In this document: in pieces, positions 39,395 through 52,798 of the stretch | Position numbering within the stretch: the first letter of the stretch is position 1 | How the letters are laid out: every line of letters starts with the position of its first letter | Assembly (NCBI GenBank): GCA_000934665.2 | Contig: JYFJ02002576.1 | Location: 1-64,000 of the forward strand | DNA from: Catajapyx aquilonaris | Lineage: Eukaryota | Direction of reading: 5' to 3' | DNA length: 64,000 nucleotides | The notes under the pieces: model-generated | What the model saw: only the letters and a program-made list of their open reading frames with translations | Told to the model about the DNA's origin: nothing | The model's database searches: none | Made by a program: the position numbers and the translations under genes

Positions 39395-42300
39395 CAGTTC
39401 AGAACATTGATAGTTTGTGACCGATTGGACACCCGCTATAGACTACACTTTTGCAGAGTATCCTCCACTGTATAGCTATACCATGTACTGTACATTCAAT
39501 TCCTACAATGTTTGAACTTTTTTTTCTTTTACGCATATCACTTGGTTATAATAACTGAGCAGGGTTATTTGTCCCAAGAAATGCCTCTTCAGTTACACCC
39601 AAGCGGACATGGTGTATTATTATTGTTGGTGAGCGTAAAGTAAACACTGACATCTCTTGAACTGGTGATTTCTCTTCCCAAGCGAGAAGACACTTTTTGA
39701 CAACACGACATATCCAATGATCATAAAAAGACACGTTTCAAAATTTTCTTACGAATAAATTAGCCAGTAAGATACACGCATTGGAAAATATCAAGTTAGA
39801 AAATATTTCCCCCAAACTTTTGCTATTGTCAGCACGTCAGTCAATGTGTTTTCGCTTGGCATGGGAGATATGTTCTTGTCACATCCACTTCTTCCCCTCA
39901 CCCTACGCTCCTCTATATAGTATATCCCGAGGATCAAGAAGCCATCGCAACCGTTAACCTCAGTGTTGACCACTCCTCTAGGGTCTTGTGCCGAAATATC
40001 AAGCTCACCAAGTGAGCAACAAAGACCATAGGCTCTGTCCCCAAGGCATCCCCTCCTCCCCGTCCCCCTTACCCCCTCCTGTCCCCTTCATCTTCCATGA
40101 CATCCGCTTACCAGCCAGAACCATCCTCAAAGCCGCAAATCCCCCGGAATTGACCCACTGGGAACTTGTGCCGTCCCGGGGAGCATTTCTCTTCCCCAAC
40201 ATTCTCATCTCCAAAGAGCACGGTCACAGCTCCAAATCCCGAGAAAAAGAAAGAAACATGATGGCCACGTCATTTCCTATTACGTCCCGGACCTCATTGG
40301 CGGATGGGGGGAAAAATAAATTAGAGGCAAGGCTAACGACCCGTAATGTCCTATTAGCTTCCAGTCTAGGTGCAGAGGTTACGCACATATATGATGGAGT
40401 CCGGGAGCTGTGAAATTCGATTAGGTAAACATATCGCCTGGGTCATGAGCTGGTTCATTTATCTTGTGACACTTTGTTTGAAGGTGTCGTTTTTTAAAAA
40501 ATGACACCAAGTACGTAATTTCTCCAAGTGGATTTTAGTGAAAGCTTTCTGGGACAAATTGAGGCGTCAGGGGGTTACTGTTTCAGCTGATTACGCAGGA
40601 AGGCTTCAATCTGGACCGACAACTGAAAGGTATTGTTCCATTTATTATTTCAGAGAAATTGAAAGTAACTGAAACTTTAACCTGCCTTTAAAAGCTTCAG
40701 CACTCCTTCATGTACTGTGCCGAGTTCGTCACATAAATAAAACGTCGACTGTGACTCTATTAGAAAATTATGCACTATTCCGAATATGCAGTAGCAGCCT
40801 GAATGCAATGAGAGTGAGAGCAATAAAGGCTTCAGGATCATGCGATTCTATCCGAAAAACTTTACGCTCTGAGAAAAGAGCACTTATTTACTTTTTACGT
40901 TAGAGCTAAAGAGCTCCACTGATATAGTTCTTCCACCAGCTAATATATTAAAGATTAGGCATACCAGGAGTAGGCCAATAATTATAAGAAAAATAGGAGA
41001 GGCCATGTTCACAGCAAATTCAGTATTACAAATCTGACCTTTACTTATCATCTGACTTAGCACATGTTAGATTGGGAATATCCAGTTGCATGTGCCCAGT
41101 TTTGAAATAATTATATTATTACCTCGACATGTAACTCACAGTAGTGTGCTGAACCATTGCCCAAATTAATGCTTCAGTGCTTTGAAAGTTTCCGCTCCTC
41201 GCCCATGAAACGCTAAAGGTTTCACATGATATGCGACTCCACTCCTCCAACCCTGGAGTTTTTCAGCTTATTTACGTTAAGGACTTAGGTCCCTCTTATG
41301 TACACAGGGGTCCTAATATGCATTGTTTAACTAATAAGAAGCAAATTATATATAATACTGAAGCTAAATCCTGTCCCTGAACTAGTCAAGTCCACGCAGT
41401 CAATCGTTCGAATCGCACTGTATGACCTTTCTTTCATTGGTCACACTGGCTTCTAGGCGTGGTTTTTTTTACGCCTCGTTGTGAGCCATCACGCGAGTAA
41501 GCCATTTCCATGGTAGGAGAAGAAAACTTGCCCTTCGTCCTGTCGGACAACAATCAAGCCAAAATGACATGGTGGGAGCTTAAAGCCGATCCAGTTGGTC
41601 AGCACGCAAAGCCCCCATGAAAAATGCCCAGACCAGCCAAGGAGGACCAAGCGTGGCGTCGCCAGGATTCAAAGACAGGTGACACACAGTATCTAACAAC
41701 ACGTGTCTGCTATAATTTTTTTTCTAGCTCCAATGCAGTCCAAGTTTTGACATGATCCGTGTCCGTGCGGCAAAGGCGACGAAACTGTCATGGTCTCTCT
41801 GCAGGCACTCTGCATACCCACTCTTAAGACAATATTCCACGTGTCGGTTTCCCACAAGACATAAAAAGTGCAATATTGGTTGAGTGCCCTCCACATTTTG
41901 GCGTCAGACTTGCTCTAAAATTCAAATTTTGCTCATCATCAACACATTCCACCCGCATTATACATAGAAGCCACGGTGCCAATATTTGCTTTATTACTGT
42001 ACCTAAATATCTACCCCAAAAATAAAATATACAATTTTGTTTTCCTTTCTTCATTGAATGCTCCTCATGCGGCAAGTTTCCTGCTGTTCACAGTCCACCT
42101 CAAACCGCAAATAAATAAACTAGTGCTGGGGCCACGGTGTAATACACCAGCAACACTAACAGCAAAACTAGCATTCATATATGGATATGCGCCTCGTTGC
42201 AAATCAATTACACTCCCATTCGCATTTGCATCTGTATAGTTTAGACCTCCCTATTAATTTTTTTTAAACCCCCCCGCCGCAACCAGCATAATTATACACT

Positions 42301-42899
42301 AGTGTTGATCAATCTGATGAATTGCAAAGGGTTCGTGTTATCGCAGCAAACTCTTTCGCTATTCAATTTCATCACCGAATAAACCCACCCCGCAACTACA
42401 CGGGCCTACACACACTGTAGCATATTGTTATGAGAAATCGCGGAGTCATAAAACTAGGGCCCAGAGGAACGTCGGATGAAAGGTTAATTATTTAATTCGA
42501 CGGAAACGCTTTTTGAAAGAAAGGGCCTGGGCCGTGTACACACGTATATAGCCGCGTCGTAGTGTCCATTAGAGTAATCCGGTCGTAAATGTCTTGCAAC
42601 AATTTCGTATCTCCGAGCGAGTGGCGTGACGGCATGAAGGAGAGCCGCGCTCACCTGGGTAATTTATCCGGGGGAAAAATTGCTCTGGGAGTGAAAGCCA
42701 ATTCGAACAAATGGAAGGATGATCTCGGATTTCGTAATGAGGGCAAGACGCCCCTGCACTCTTTGCTCTCTGCGGAAAAATTCAGACATATAGGACACGA
42801 GGTAATCTGCTATAAAAATAGCTCAACAGCTGCTTCCACTTGAGTGGATGATAGCGGGAAAGGGTGGGGGAATGCTCATCAGTGACTTATGTGCATATA

Positions 42900-43096
42900 C
42901 AGGGTGATTCAGCTAGTCTCTCCAAGTCAGCCTCCTATATTCATGGAAAAAATTTAAATTGTAGCAGCGCTAAATGTGGGTGTGGCTGAAGCTTGCATGC
43001 CCACGGCTGCATTGGCGCTGCTTACGGGCGTACAATCAAAAAAAATTTCAAGTACAGTAGTGTACATGCCTCGTGAAGATTCACTGAACCCCTCTG
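42900..43096. mobile_element. Small decayed mariner-type MITE
   Basis: TA|CAGGGTGATTCAGCTAGTC ... GATTCACTGAACCCCTCTG|TA, with degenerate TIRs and TA flanks. Confidence 0.55.
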
Positions 43097-46000
43097 TACA
43101 GCCAGCGTTCCCCCTCCATTATGTGGATGGGGTATATCGAGGCATATTGACACTTGAGTGGATGATGGTAGAAGGGGTTCCCCCTTGATAAGCAGGTGGA
43201 CTGTTTATTAAGCCCGTTTTCATCAGTGACATATCCGTAAAGACCCCGTGTATATAGCAAGCCTTCTTCTTCCTAGGTGCCCTGGCCATTATGTGGATGG
43301 GGCTTATTGACACAGAGACTACTCCAGAGAGAGTTCGATGGGCCCTCCAGCTTCACCCTCTAATGGCTTTTCTCTTCAACAGTCAACATTTGCAGTGGCG
43401 CCAGAGCAACTTTTACGTCATTGCGATGCATGAATTATGGCGAGCAGGTGGTTGCGGGTGCTGAAGAGAATGGTGCGTGTTTCGGGGGAAGCTCCGAGTG
43501 ATTCATAATGGGAACGATCATCACCGCCTGCAACCGTCTCGATTATGGCTTTTGTCTCGTGGTGGCAGCTGAATCAATATGGCGCGCAACCAACATTGCT
43601 TCAAAGCTCCAAATCATTGTAGAAGTGTTTGTGGAAAAGGGGGGCCAGACACAATGATTGAGAAAATCGCGATGATTAACTCCAGAGAACATGTAAAAAC
43701 CCCGGTTTCTTTTTGAGTTTACCAACTGCATAAGTTACTTAAGATGTTGTCCTCCGGATTTAAAATTCCCTGTTTAATATTTTTTTAAAGAGGTCGGAAT
43801 GTTTTTGATGGGTTCTCCACTTTAGTTTTCGGCAGAATCCTCCACCCCCGCCAGTCTCTGTCAGATTTCAACATTTTACTGATTACCCGGTTTTATTACA
43901 GACAAAAAGAGCGGATGTTGGCATGACTGTACGGTATTTAAATTCCAAAAAAGAGCAAATACTTGAATTAGGCAAACTGAATTTTTCCTCTGCGAGAAGT
44001 GGGCGTAGAAAAAAAGGGGGGTTCTTCGCCAGAGAACAGTACGCCACATCATGATGTATATAGCAAACATCGTGCGTCATACAGTCTGTACATAAACGCA
44101 GCCATATGCTTTCTCTCGCAAAAAAACAAAAAAACAAAAAAAAGTGGAAACGTCGAAATGTAGACTTGGTTTTTCGTACGACCAAAGTCACATTTCTGTC
44201 GCTATTGAATTAGGCATTGCGTCATATATACTGTACAAGTCGGTTTTAGTGTGTGCTTGAAAAATAACTACAGCTTCGTATAGAAATGTTTGAAACACAT
44301 GCTCTCGTATAAGGGATAATGTAATGGTCAAACTTCAAACCCTCCCATCTCAAAATCACTCCAATGTAACTGACACTTCCGCATGTCAGATATTCAAATA
44401 TATCTAATCGTGTAATCTAGTAATTTAGCATAATGTCAGTGGAAACCCTGTTATCTGAATTGGAGTCCCCGGTCATTGAAAAGCTGCCGGACCCTTCCAA
44501 CACAGTCTAAAAATCTCCCCAAACTCAATTACGACAAATCCCCACCATAGCCTGTATTTTCCAGCAGCGAGTGGCCCCCGATTTCTGAGTGTCTTGATGG
44601 ACATCCCGCAGCTTCCCCGGCCAATAGCGCCCTGGAGGCAAATCCGAGCCTTCTATTAAATTTCCGCCTTCCTAAAAATGTTGTCAGGTCTAGTACCTCC
44701 TTCTGCGCTCCGCGTTGGAGATGGAAAAAAAAATCGACCAGATTTGTGCTCTGTTGGGCAGCAGATCAAGCAATATTTGCACACCGGGGCGAGGGCCGGG
44801 GCCAGGGTGGGGGACTGGGGTGGCGTGGTGGCGGCGGCGGCTCTGACGGCAGTTGGTAGAGTGACCGCACGCGGATGCCTTTCTCGGCATAATTGGGTTA
44901 GTTGATTCAGTGACGCCGGCGTTTTGTATCGGTCCAGGATCAAAGGTTCCCGTGCCAACCTGGCCTACGGATACTTTTTGACAACTCAACAGCGCGCCAC
45001 CGCGTGTTATTGGAAATACTACCTTTATGGTAGAGTACCTAAATATGAAATGTTATATCCGTGTTATTATTGTGGTGCTTCTGCGTATCTTCGAGCTGTA
45101 ATGTATATGGAAAATATAGCGCCTCTCTCCTTACCATTTTTAGCGAAATGAACCTGTACCGGATGGTAACGTAAGGGTTTCTTTATTATTTCAGTCCGTC
45201 GATGTGGCGTCATTCGGCATCAAGGAAATTGTTGACAAAGCCCCCAACTGGTATTGAACAATCCGCAAAGTTCCGCAACATGATCGTATGCATCACGTGG
45301 TCCATGTTAATAATCTGTCCCACACTGCAACCAGTTACTACTGTTATTTGCTCGATTACTGTGAGGGGCATAATTAGTACGTATATATGGTTGCATTCAT
45401 TGTCAATCTGATGCCCACCTTATCGCCGCTGCCGCTCTATATACTGTATAGCATATATGCCCTGCCGCGAGCATGCCGCAACTGCCGGCTTTTGGAAAAG
45501 AGTAGCCTATACGGTTTTCAAAGTCGGGTTTTCTGACCACACTGCAGTTTGGTTTCTGGCCGTGGAACCATTAGTAAAAAATAGTAATAATATTGCTTAA
45601 TCGGTACCGCAATTTGTATACAGGTGCGGATTTAATATCGTTTGAGGGAAGTATAGGGTATCGCTGGTCTCCGCAGCTTATACAGTATAGTTGCCGAGGT
45701 AATGAGCTTCAAACAATAGGTATAAAATATCCTGGCAGGTATGCATCCCTCCGCGCGACTTTACCCATTTCAGTTAGGTGTTGCCGTGCAGTTGCTGACT
45801 ATAATCCTTTGTGCTACCGGATCATTCTGGTCATTAGTATCTTGTAGTCTTTTCTAACGCATATATCGTGCAAAATGCAATTGTGGTTTAGGTCACAACT
45901 GCGCGAGTTAGCACGTTGCTTTATAAATTCCGTTTAATTTCAGTCCCTTTTTTCCATTCTTTATGGTCTTGCATCCATTGTGAGACCAGACCAACAAAGG

Positions 46001-46246
46001 GTGCCCCATTTCTTTCTTCCGTTACACTTTTGTACTGTTGTGAGCAAAAAAGCAGGTACAAGTCTAAACAAAAGTTTTACATGGAAGCATGTCCATAACA
46101 ATCGTTGAATACCAAAATCTGCACTAGACAATGATGAAATTTTCCCATGTGACCAGGCTCCCTCTAGCAAGTCATGTATATACAAAGCTATGGACACTAC
46201 ATCATATGGACTGAACTTGCCCTGAGCCTAGTTTTTGCTCCCGTCG

Positions 46247-46848
46247 ACTCACAACCAAAGTAACTCTTCTTGCCCTCCTGAATTTTGAAATTTTTTGGAT
46301 TTTATAATTCCGTTTGGCCTATAGTGTTGAGAAAACATCACCTCCGATGCTAATTTCCACGTTAGCAGGGTGAAAATACAACCAAAAGGCGATGTTCCGA
46401 AGCCACAACACCTGCATCCGGCCGCGAGTCGCTGGTCCCGGCCTTTCACCGCGTCTGTAGCGCTCTCCGGTGCCGCGAAGGAGAAGGGTCATCTCGCACG
46501 CTTTGAAGTCGAAGTCGGTTATAATAATAGAGAGTTTTGGAGTCCTGGCTCTCCATTATTATAATCATCTTCGACTTCAAAGCGTGCGAGATGACCCTTC
46601 TCCTTCGCGGCACTACAGACGCGGTGAAAGGCGACCGCGACCGGGCAGCCGGGACCGGCGACTCGCGACAGGATGCAGGTGTTGTGGCTTCGGAACATCG
46701 CATTTTGGCTATATTTTCACCCTGCTAACGTGGAAATTAGCAGCGGAGGTGATGTTTTCTCAACACTATACTGTATAGTCCAAGCAAAGTTTAAAAATAC
46801 AAAAAAATCAAAATTCAGGAGGGTAAGAAGAGTTACTTTGGTTGTCAG
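46247..46848. mobile_element. Foldback MITE (about 600 bp, near-complete palindrome, centre at about 46535-46552)
   Basis: acaaccaaagtaactcttcttgccctcctgaattttga mirrors tcaaaattcaggagggtaagaagagttactttggttgt. Arms align to the centre (gagaagggtcatctcgcacgctttgaagtcgaag / cttcgacttcaaagcgtgcgagatgacccttctc). Mirrored ORFs 46249-/46470+. Confidence 0.88.
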
Positions 46849-47364
46849 TTGTGAATATGAATACCTGAAATGTAGAACGATCAGAGTCACATTTTGGGCA
46901 AAATTGAGTTATCCAATCCTTAGTATAATCTTCAAGATGATCAAGCCAGTTTTCTGATAGAGAAATTACAGGCCTCTAGCTACAGACATTTGTGGAAAAA
47001 TAGTTACATAAGTTACGTAATAATGCAATAGTCAACCTTCACATCATCATATCTCGAAATCAGTCTGCACTCAAGGTCTTCATACGAAAATGTGCACAGT
47101 TTACACTCTCTCAGCTCTCATGATGCTTTCCAAAATGAAAAGAGCTATATTCGTGCCTGCAATCGCATCCGTGCCCATTAACAAAATCTTGGCGGTTTTA
47201 CCAACACAAGCCATTTAAGGTTGTATACCTTAACGGCCACTCTGGTTGTAGGAGCCAATCAAGAGCGATGATAGATAGAGCTTGTCAGACCTTTTACACC
47301 GATGTAAATGATCGAATAAAAGTAAAGGCGATAGAGGGTTATCGCCGTTTGCAGGCTTAATCCT

Positions 47365-47660
47365 CCGAATCGTATCGAGAGCATCAACAAACCCCGGGAC
47401 GCTTTGTCAAGCCCTGGCCATCAACTCCCTTGCCGTTACTCGATTAGGGCTTATTGTGTGCCATATTGTAATAGTCCGCCGAATTGGGCCTATTAATGGA
47501 GCTAACACTCGTATATCAATATGTAAACCGACGATCAATGAAAGTTGACGCGGGTCGGTTGGGATGGGTGACGAATACTCGCACACAGTGTGCACCAGAC
47601 AAAATGTGCATGGTTTTCCACACTATTGGTACGACCAGTACAACCCGCACGCATTGTCAA
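47365..47660 (+). pseudogene. Decayed DD37D (maT/Tc1-mariner superfamily)-like transposase, N-terminal/central fragment
   Basis: NRIESINKPRDALSSP, then RLGLIVCHIVIVRRIGPINGANTRISIC...GMGDEYSHTVCTRQNVHGFPHYWYDQYNPHA. This resembles LxLHPYHxQxVQxLxPxDxxxRxxFC...FSDE...NxHNxHxWxxxNPH. Confidence 0.55.
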
Positions 47661-48802
47661 GTTTTGTAGGCGGGGTTTTGTCACTGGCAAACCAGGCATG
47701 TGTTACTGCTCCCAACAATTTCCAACGCTGTTGTCACACATCACAATGCCAATATAAACACGCCATCACTCTGTCTTGTGGAATGAATCATATTGTACCT
47801 TTGTCAATCATCGCCGTGACATTAATTGCTGGCCAAGAGGTAATAATTTGGATGGTCCAGGCTGACGGTTGTTCCCAACGTCACGCTTGTAGATGGAAGT
47901 ATCAGGGCTGGCATGACGTACCGTGACATACTGGCTGTTATTAATACGTACTGTACAAATATCGCGTCGATCGGAACTGGCACGTGACTGCTCAGAATGA
48001 GTGTGACGTCCTTATAGATGGCACCCGATCATCAAAATGGGCTCCTTCCGCCCACTTCTGGTGATCGCCTTTAGAAAATTGCAATATCAGCTCTTGAAAC
48101 CGCTGGAAGGCTTTATTGCCGCATTTTAAATCGAGAAGCCGCGCTGGAATTGCCATTCACGCATAATCGCTTCCTCGGAGATGAGGCTCTAATTTCCAGC
48201 CGGCGATCATTCTTCTTGGCCTTTCCTCAACGGTGTTTGGTACTCGTGCTGATGGAAAAGCTGCGGGTTTTTTTTAGTAGGTGGATGTGGGAAGCTGTGA
48301 TTGCCAAAAGTCAGCCCGGATTGAAGAGGCAGGCAGGCAGGCAGGAGGAAATGCATTCCATTCCAAATACTGCCTCCCCTTTGGGCGAGGTGCTCACTCC
48401 GTACATTGCACTGCTGGTGTCGCTGGAGCTCCATTTGGTGAGCAAATATTTGGCCAGGACTTACTACCACCAACACCGGAAAGCGCCTCTTCAAATCGTC
48501 AGGAAGACCACAAGGCCTGGACTGCCGGAGGGTTGACTTTTAGTGCTAGCTCTGCCTTTGCAATATTCACTTTTCGACGCCCTAAACACTCGTAGATATA
48601 ATATCCTCACGGTGTCTAACAAGTAAGTGCTATGTAGACAGCTCCCATTTATAGAAAAGCCATGAATATTGAGTGTATCTGTGAATAATAACGTTTCAAT
48701 GGATTCGTTGTCAGTTTGTACACTTGGGCGATTTTGGTCAGCTTTTATTGGCACCGAAAAAATACAGCTAGCGTTAGGTGTATACCAATATTATTCCTGT
48801 AC

Positions 48803-49005
48803 AGTACTATGTCGCGGGTTATCCTGGCTTGGATGCAACCCATTGCACAGGTGTGCATTGTGTGTGTCCACAAAGACAGCTAAGGCGGCTCCGATGCCGA
48901 ACAAAGCAGATATATGGGACGGGGTCAGATAAGCAACACACATCTGTGCAATGGGTTGCATGAAATAAGCCAGGATGCGACAATCCTTGTTTGGGTGATA
49001 GTACT
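48803..49005. mobile_element. Small MITE-like inverted repeat element
   Basis: Nested IR pairs: agtactat/atagtact, atcctggctt/aagccaggat and atgcaacccattgcacaggtgtg/cacatctgtgcaatgggttgcat. Confidence 0.65.
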
Positions 49006-49639
49006 ACAGTACATGCCAGGTACGCATTCTGCCGAACTATTCAAAATGTTAAACAGTACCAAAGAAAATAGTGGCCACTATTGTCCAGGAATTATGGCGG
49101 AGTTAAACCTGTGGGCCGACAGATAATAACGTGGCCAATAAAGTAATGGATTACCACCATGCCATTATAGATCGTTGGGCGAGGTGCTTTTGATACCTTG
49201 TATTTATTACACTTTTATCTTGATATTCTTTTAAGTTTGGGGCATATGCCATTGTGGCAACGGATACCGTCATTTTTATAGCGTGCCATAGAGAGTACAA
49301 AACGGGTGCATCGACTCTCTTTCAACCAGGGAAACCTCACAAAAGAGCAGTCCACCATATGCCAGGTTTAGTCCACCTGAATTCATGTAACATCATCAGT
49401 CGATAAGCTTATGTTCCGAATCTGTTAAAATCTTTTGTGGTAATTGAACAATATGCAATATCCACAAAGGCTGACACAGTATCCGTTATTTTAAGGGTTA
49501 TGTGATGTTTCTTTTAAATTTAACGACTCCCATTTCCAGCGTACTGGAAGAAAGAAAAAGGCGTCATTTTTTTACCCCGTGATAGGGCTGAGCCCTTATA
49601 GGGAGGTGGCACACCACCATCAGCTTTCTAGAGTGTAGT

Positions 49640-49900
49640 TTTTTCTTCAGTCTCCGGTACAAGGAATCAAGGACATAGGGTAAGGATATGGATTCTTGGG
49701 GAGGGGACACGGGTGCAAGTGCATTGTCTCAAATTGGGCCATGTGCAGTCCCCCAGGAGGTTAGGTTGCCAGACACCTTCAAGGTGCAGGTCAGAGACCC
49801 TCCCGACTAAGGCGAAAGGGATCTCCCAGGCGGGGATCGAACCTGGGACCTTTCACTCAGCAAGCCCAGACGTTACCACCTCAGCAACAACACGTCCCCC
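49640..49900 (-). mobile_element. tRNA-derived SINE, copy 2 (same family as 17140-17390)
   Basis: Minus-strand head TTGCTGAGGTGGTaacgtctgggcttgctgagtgaaaggtcccaGGTTCGATCCCcgcc. Colinear similarity with copy 1 over about 240 bp. Confidence 0.85.
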
Positions 49901-50489
49901 TAAAAGACGTCATTTTAAAATCTGATTTTTTTAAACGTAGCATTATTTTGCTTAGATTTCAGTAGATGATCATAAGTTAGTGATAGGCAGGTAACAGAAA
50001 CTAGATTATTGACTATTCGCAAGGTAAGAAGGCAAGATCGTTTCCCTGCCATGCCCAAATGACGCCCAGAGCTCCGAAGAGAACCACTATCGCAGAACTG
50101 CAAATGGTGGAAGCCTCATCTACAATCTTATTCACGACCTGCTTGGCACATAAATAATTCCGCATTACTTCTCTTAGTAATTCCCCTGCATTTTTCCCCA
50201 CTTTCCTAAAAGTTTGACCTAGTACTTAAAGCCTCGACTTTCCACCTAATCCAAGTGGTGGCATCAATCAGCAATCTCCCCTGCTATATACCACATCTGC
50301 CAAGTCGCAAGTGGCTCAACTGCATTTGCTTGAGCTTGTTCAGACGATCCAAAGATCTGCAGGGTAGTTACCATGCCTAAATCTGGCTAAACTTGTGCAT
50401 TTGATTCTCAGCCGGCGGCCTTGTTTCACCTAGCTTGCCTTATCCCCTCTCCCCAACAGCCGCCTTCCCTCCCTACCCCTTTTCCCTCC

Positions 50490-51010
50490 CCAACAACACC
50501 AGTTCTGCACTTCAGCGTCTACGACCCAATTGAATAGCACTTGGCAAACTTCCTCGCCTTGGATTTCGGGGCCGCAAGGTGGAATAGAAGAAGAGAAGCT
50601 TCCTGGAGTCCCCCAACCTTCCACCCAAAATTTTACCTGTTTAGGCCTAGGAAAGCGTGCTTAAGTTGCCCTCATGCACACTCTTTGGCAACTGCCACAG
50701 TGCTGACTGTCAGACCTTGGCTTTTTCCATGGGGTTCGGAGGTATCATCTCTAATGTTATTGGAACATTATTCGCTCCCTGCATTGGAGAACTGCGCCAT
50801 GCTGCTAGAGCGGTATCAGTGCGGATAGTAGCCAAAGTTTTTCTGCACTTCGTGGAATCCAGTGCGGAATTCGTGGGCCAGATCTGAAATGCCAGGCCTT
50901 GATGATCAATGCGGCTGCTGCAATTGACCAGCGTTTGCTAATAGCCTGAAGTAATCGACGTTTGAATTCTGATTTGAGAATAATCCTGATGGACGAGCTG
51001 TGGTGGGTCC
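50490..51010 (+). pseudogene. Decayed DD37D-like transposase, C-terminal fragment(s)
   Basis: LHFS..LANFLALDFGAARWNRRREASWSPPTFHPKFYLF (cf. HFSxxVRxFLxxxFPGRWIGRGGxxxWPPRSPDLxPLDFYLWG) and a later DLKCQALMINAAAAIDQRLL (cf. ELKxRIxxAxAxIxxxML). Confidence 0.5.
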
Positions 51011-52275
51011 AGTATAACGGATAATGGTGGTTTCAATTGTTCTAGTGTCATATTCATATTCCTAAAGTGGTTCACTAGCAACCAACACTGTAACAAATTC
51101 TGCATCAGCAGTTCACCATAGGTGAAATCTATAGCTCCGTGTTATGTGCAGTATATCACAGTGGTGATTATAAATTGCAAACTTGGTGCCGTAAATAGAG
51201 CATCCTAAAGCGTACCACTTTCAGTTTGGTACAATATGACATTTATGATACAAGTTAGTGAATAATATCAAAGGCTACTTACGCGATTTCAGCCTCATCT
51301 GCCAGATGCGTTCTGCAAGTCAAAAGGTCCGACTGTGAAAGTTGGATACGAGGTGTTACCAAAATACTAATTGCAGAAGTAATTTGCTATGCATGGTGGT
51401 TCACTGCCCAAATCACCGGTTAAAGAGGGGAAGGGAAAGATGTTAGTCCTTTTCTGACCAAGGACTTGCTATTTTTTCTGACTTGCGTCAAATATATCAG
51501 AAAGAATAGCAAGTCATATCGTAATGTTCTGGCCCTTGAACAACCGCAACCGATAATGTCAAAGATAAATATATAGGCCTACCGACCCCCTACACTTTCT
51601 TCGTTCCAGCTGAGAATCAGGCATTGAGCAGATCGTACGCCCCCCTTTAATGCTACCTCCCATCCGCAGCGTTCCAATCACCTGAAGAGCAGTACAGTAC
51701 GTAAGAGGATGCAGTTTGAAAGACGTGCTTTGAGGCGGCAACACTGCGACATGTTTGTTCCCCGCTTGTCAGCTGGCGGGGAAGAGCAGGTGTGGGGTGC
51801 CTTGGGAGATCTTTTTAGAGTACTGCCAGTCGCTTTGTTGATCACAACATATTGTAGTATAGACTGATTGTTTTATACCATTAAAGTCAGTCAATTACTG
51901 TAAATTAAAGTACAAAATTAGAGTGTACGTAATCAGCGTTTCTATACGTAATTATCTAACAAATAAGGTCCTGTTTTACCAGTGTACAATAGGTAGACTA
52001 GCCACAGATCACATTTGAAAATTACTGCTACATGTAACGATGTGACGCTAAGTTAAAAATAGATTTGTGGCTAAACATCACCCTGTTTAAGTTCAAGAGC
52101 TGATGAATAATAAGAAATACACTTACATAATTCCAGTTTGCAATGTACACGTTACATACTATATAAGCCTTGACCTTTTTACTGCGCATGACATGCTGAA
52201 TAATGCACTCTGCAATTTATATTTTATGTCCTACATGAAAGCTTTTAACTTACAATACCACAATATAATTTTAAT

Positions 52276-52276
<1 letters not shown>

Positions 52277-52339
<63 letters not shown>
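52277..52339. repeat. (TAT)n microsatellite
   Basis: Directly visible. Confidence 0.98.
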
Positions 52340-52340
<1 letters not shown>

Positions 52341-52675
52341 GATGGATGATCCGATATTACACCACATTCGCCCAACTCGATTTTATGCAGAACGTAAACA
52401 ATACTAATGGGTATGGTGTCACTCTGAAAATGGATTCCGAGTATTTCATTTGTGGTTCACGTTTATAACAATTTGCAACCAATCCTGACAGAACTGTAAC
52501 AGTCAAAGCTAACTTGGCAAACCATCATGCAATTAATCTTTCAAAAATCTAATGTTAATTAATGTTCATGATAGAGCACTTTGCGCAGAGTTGGCATTCC
52601 TGCCTCACTGGCACAGTTGTCTAAACCAAGGAGTTCAACACTAAAACAAGGACCTATACCCAAGGGGTTAGCAAC

Positions 52676-52764
52676 TCCCTGGAACCGGTGTACACACTGG
52701 CCAAGGAACCAGGTGGAACCGCCTTGGAACCGCCCTGGAACCGCCCTGGAACCGGGTGGAAACT
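52676..52764. repeat. Short tandem array of GGAACC-containing units of about 12 bp
   Basis: ...ggaaccaggtggaaccgccttggaaccgccctggaaccgccctggaaccgggtggaaac. Confidence 0.8.
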
Positions 52765-52798
52765 GTAGGCTGCATATAAGTGATGACATCTCGAATGA

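Noticed and set aside
52676..52764. CRISPR-like short repeats
   Set aside because: Eukaryotic context, units too short, no unique spacers and no cas genes.
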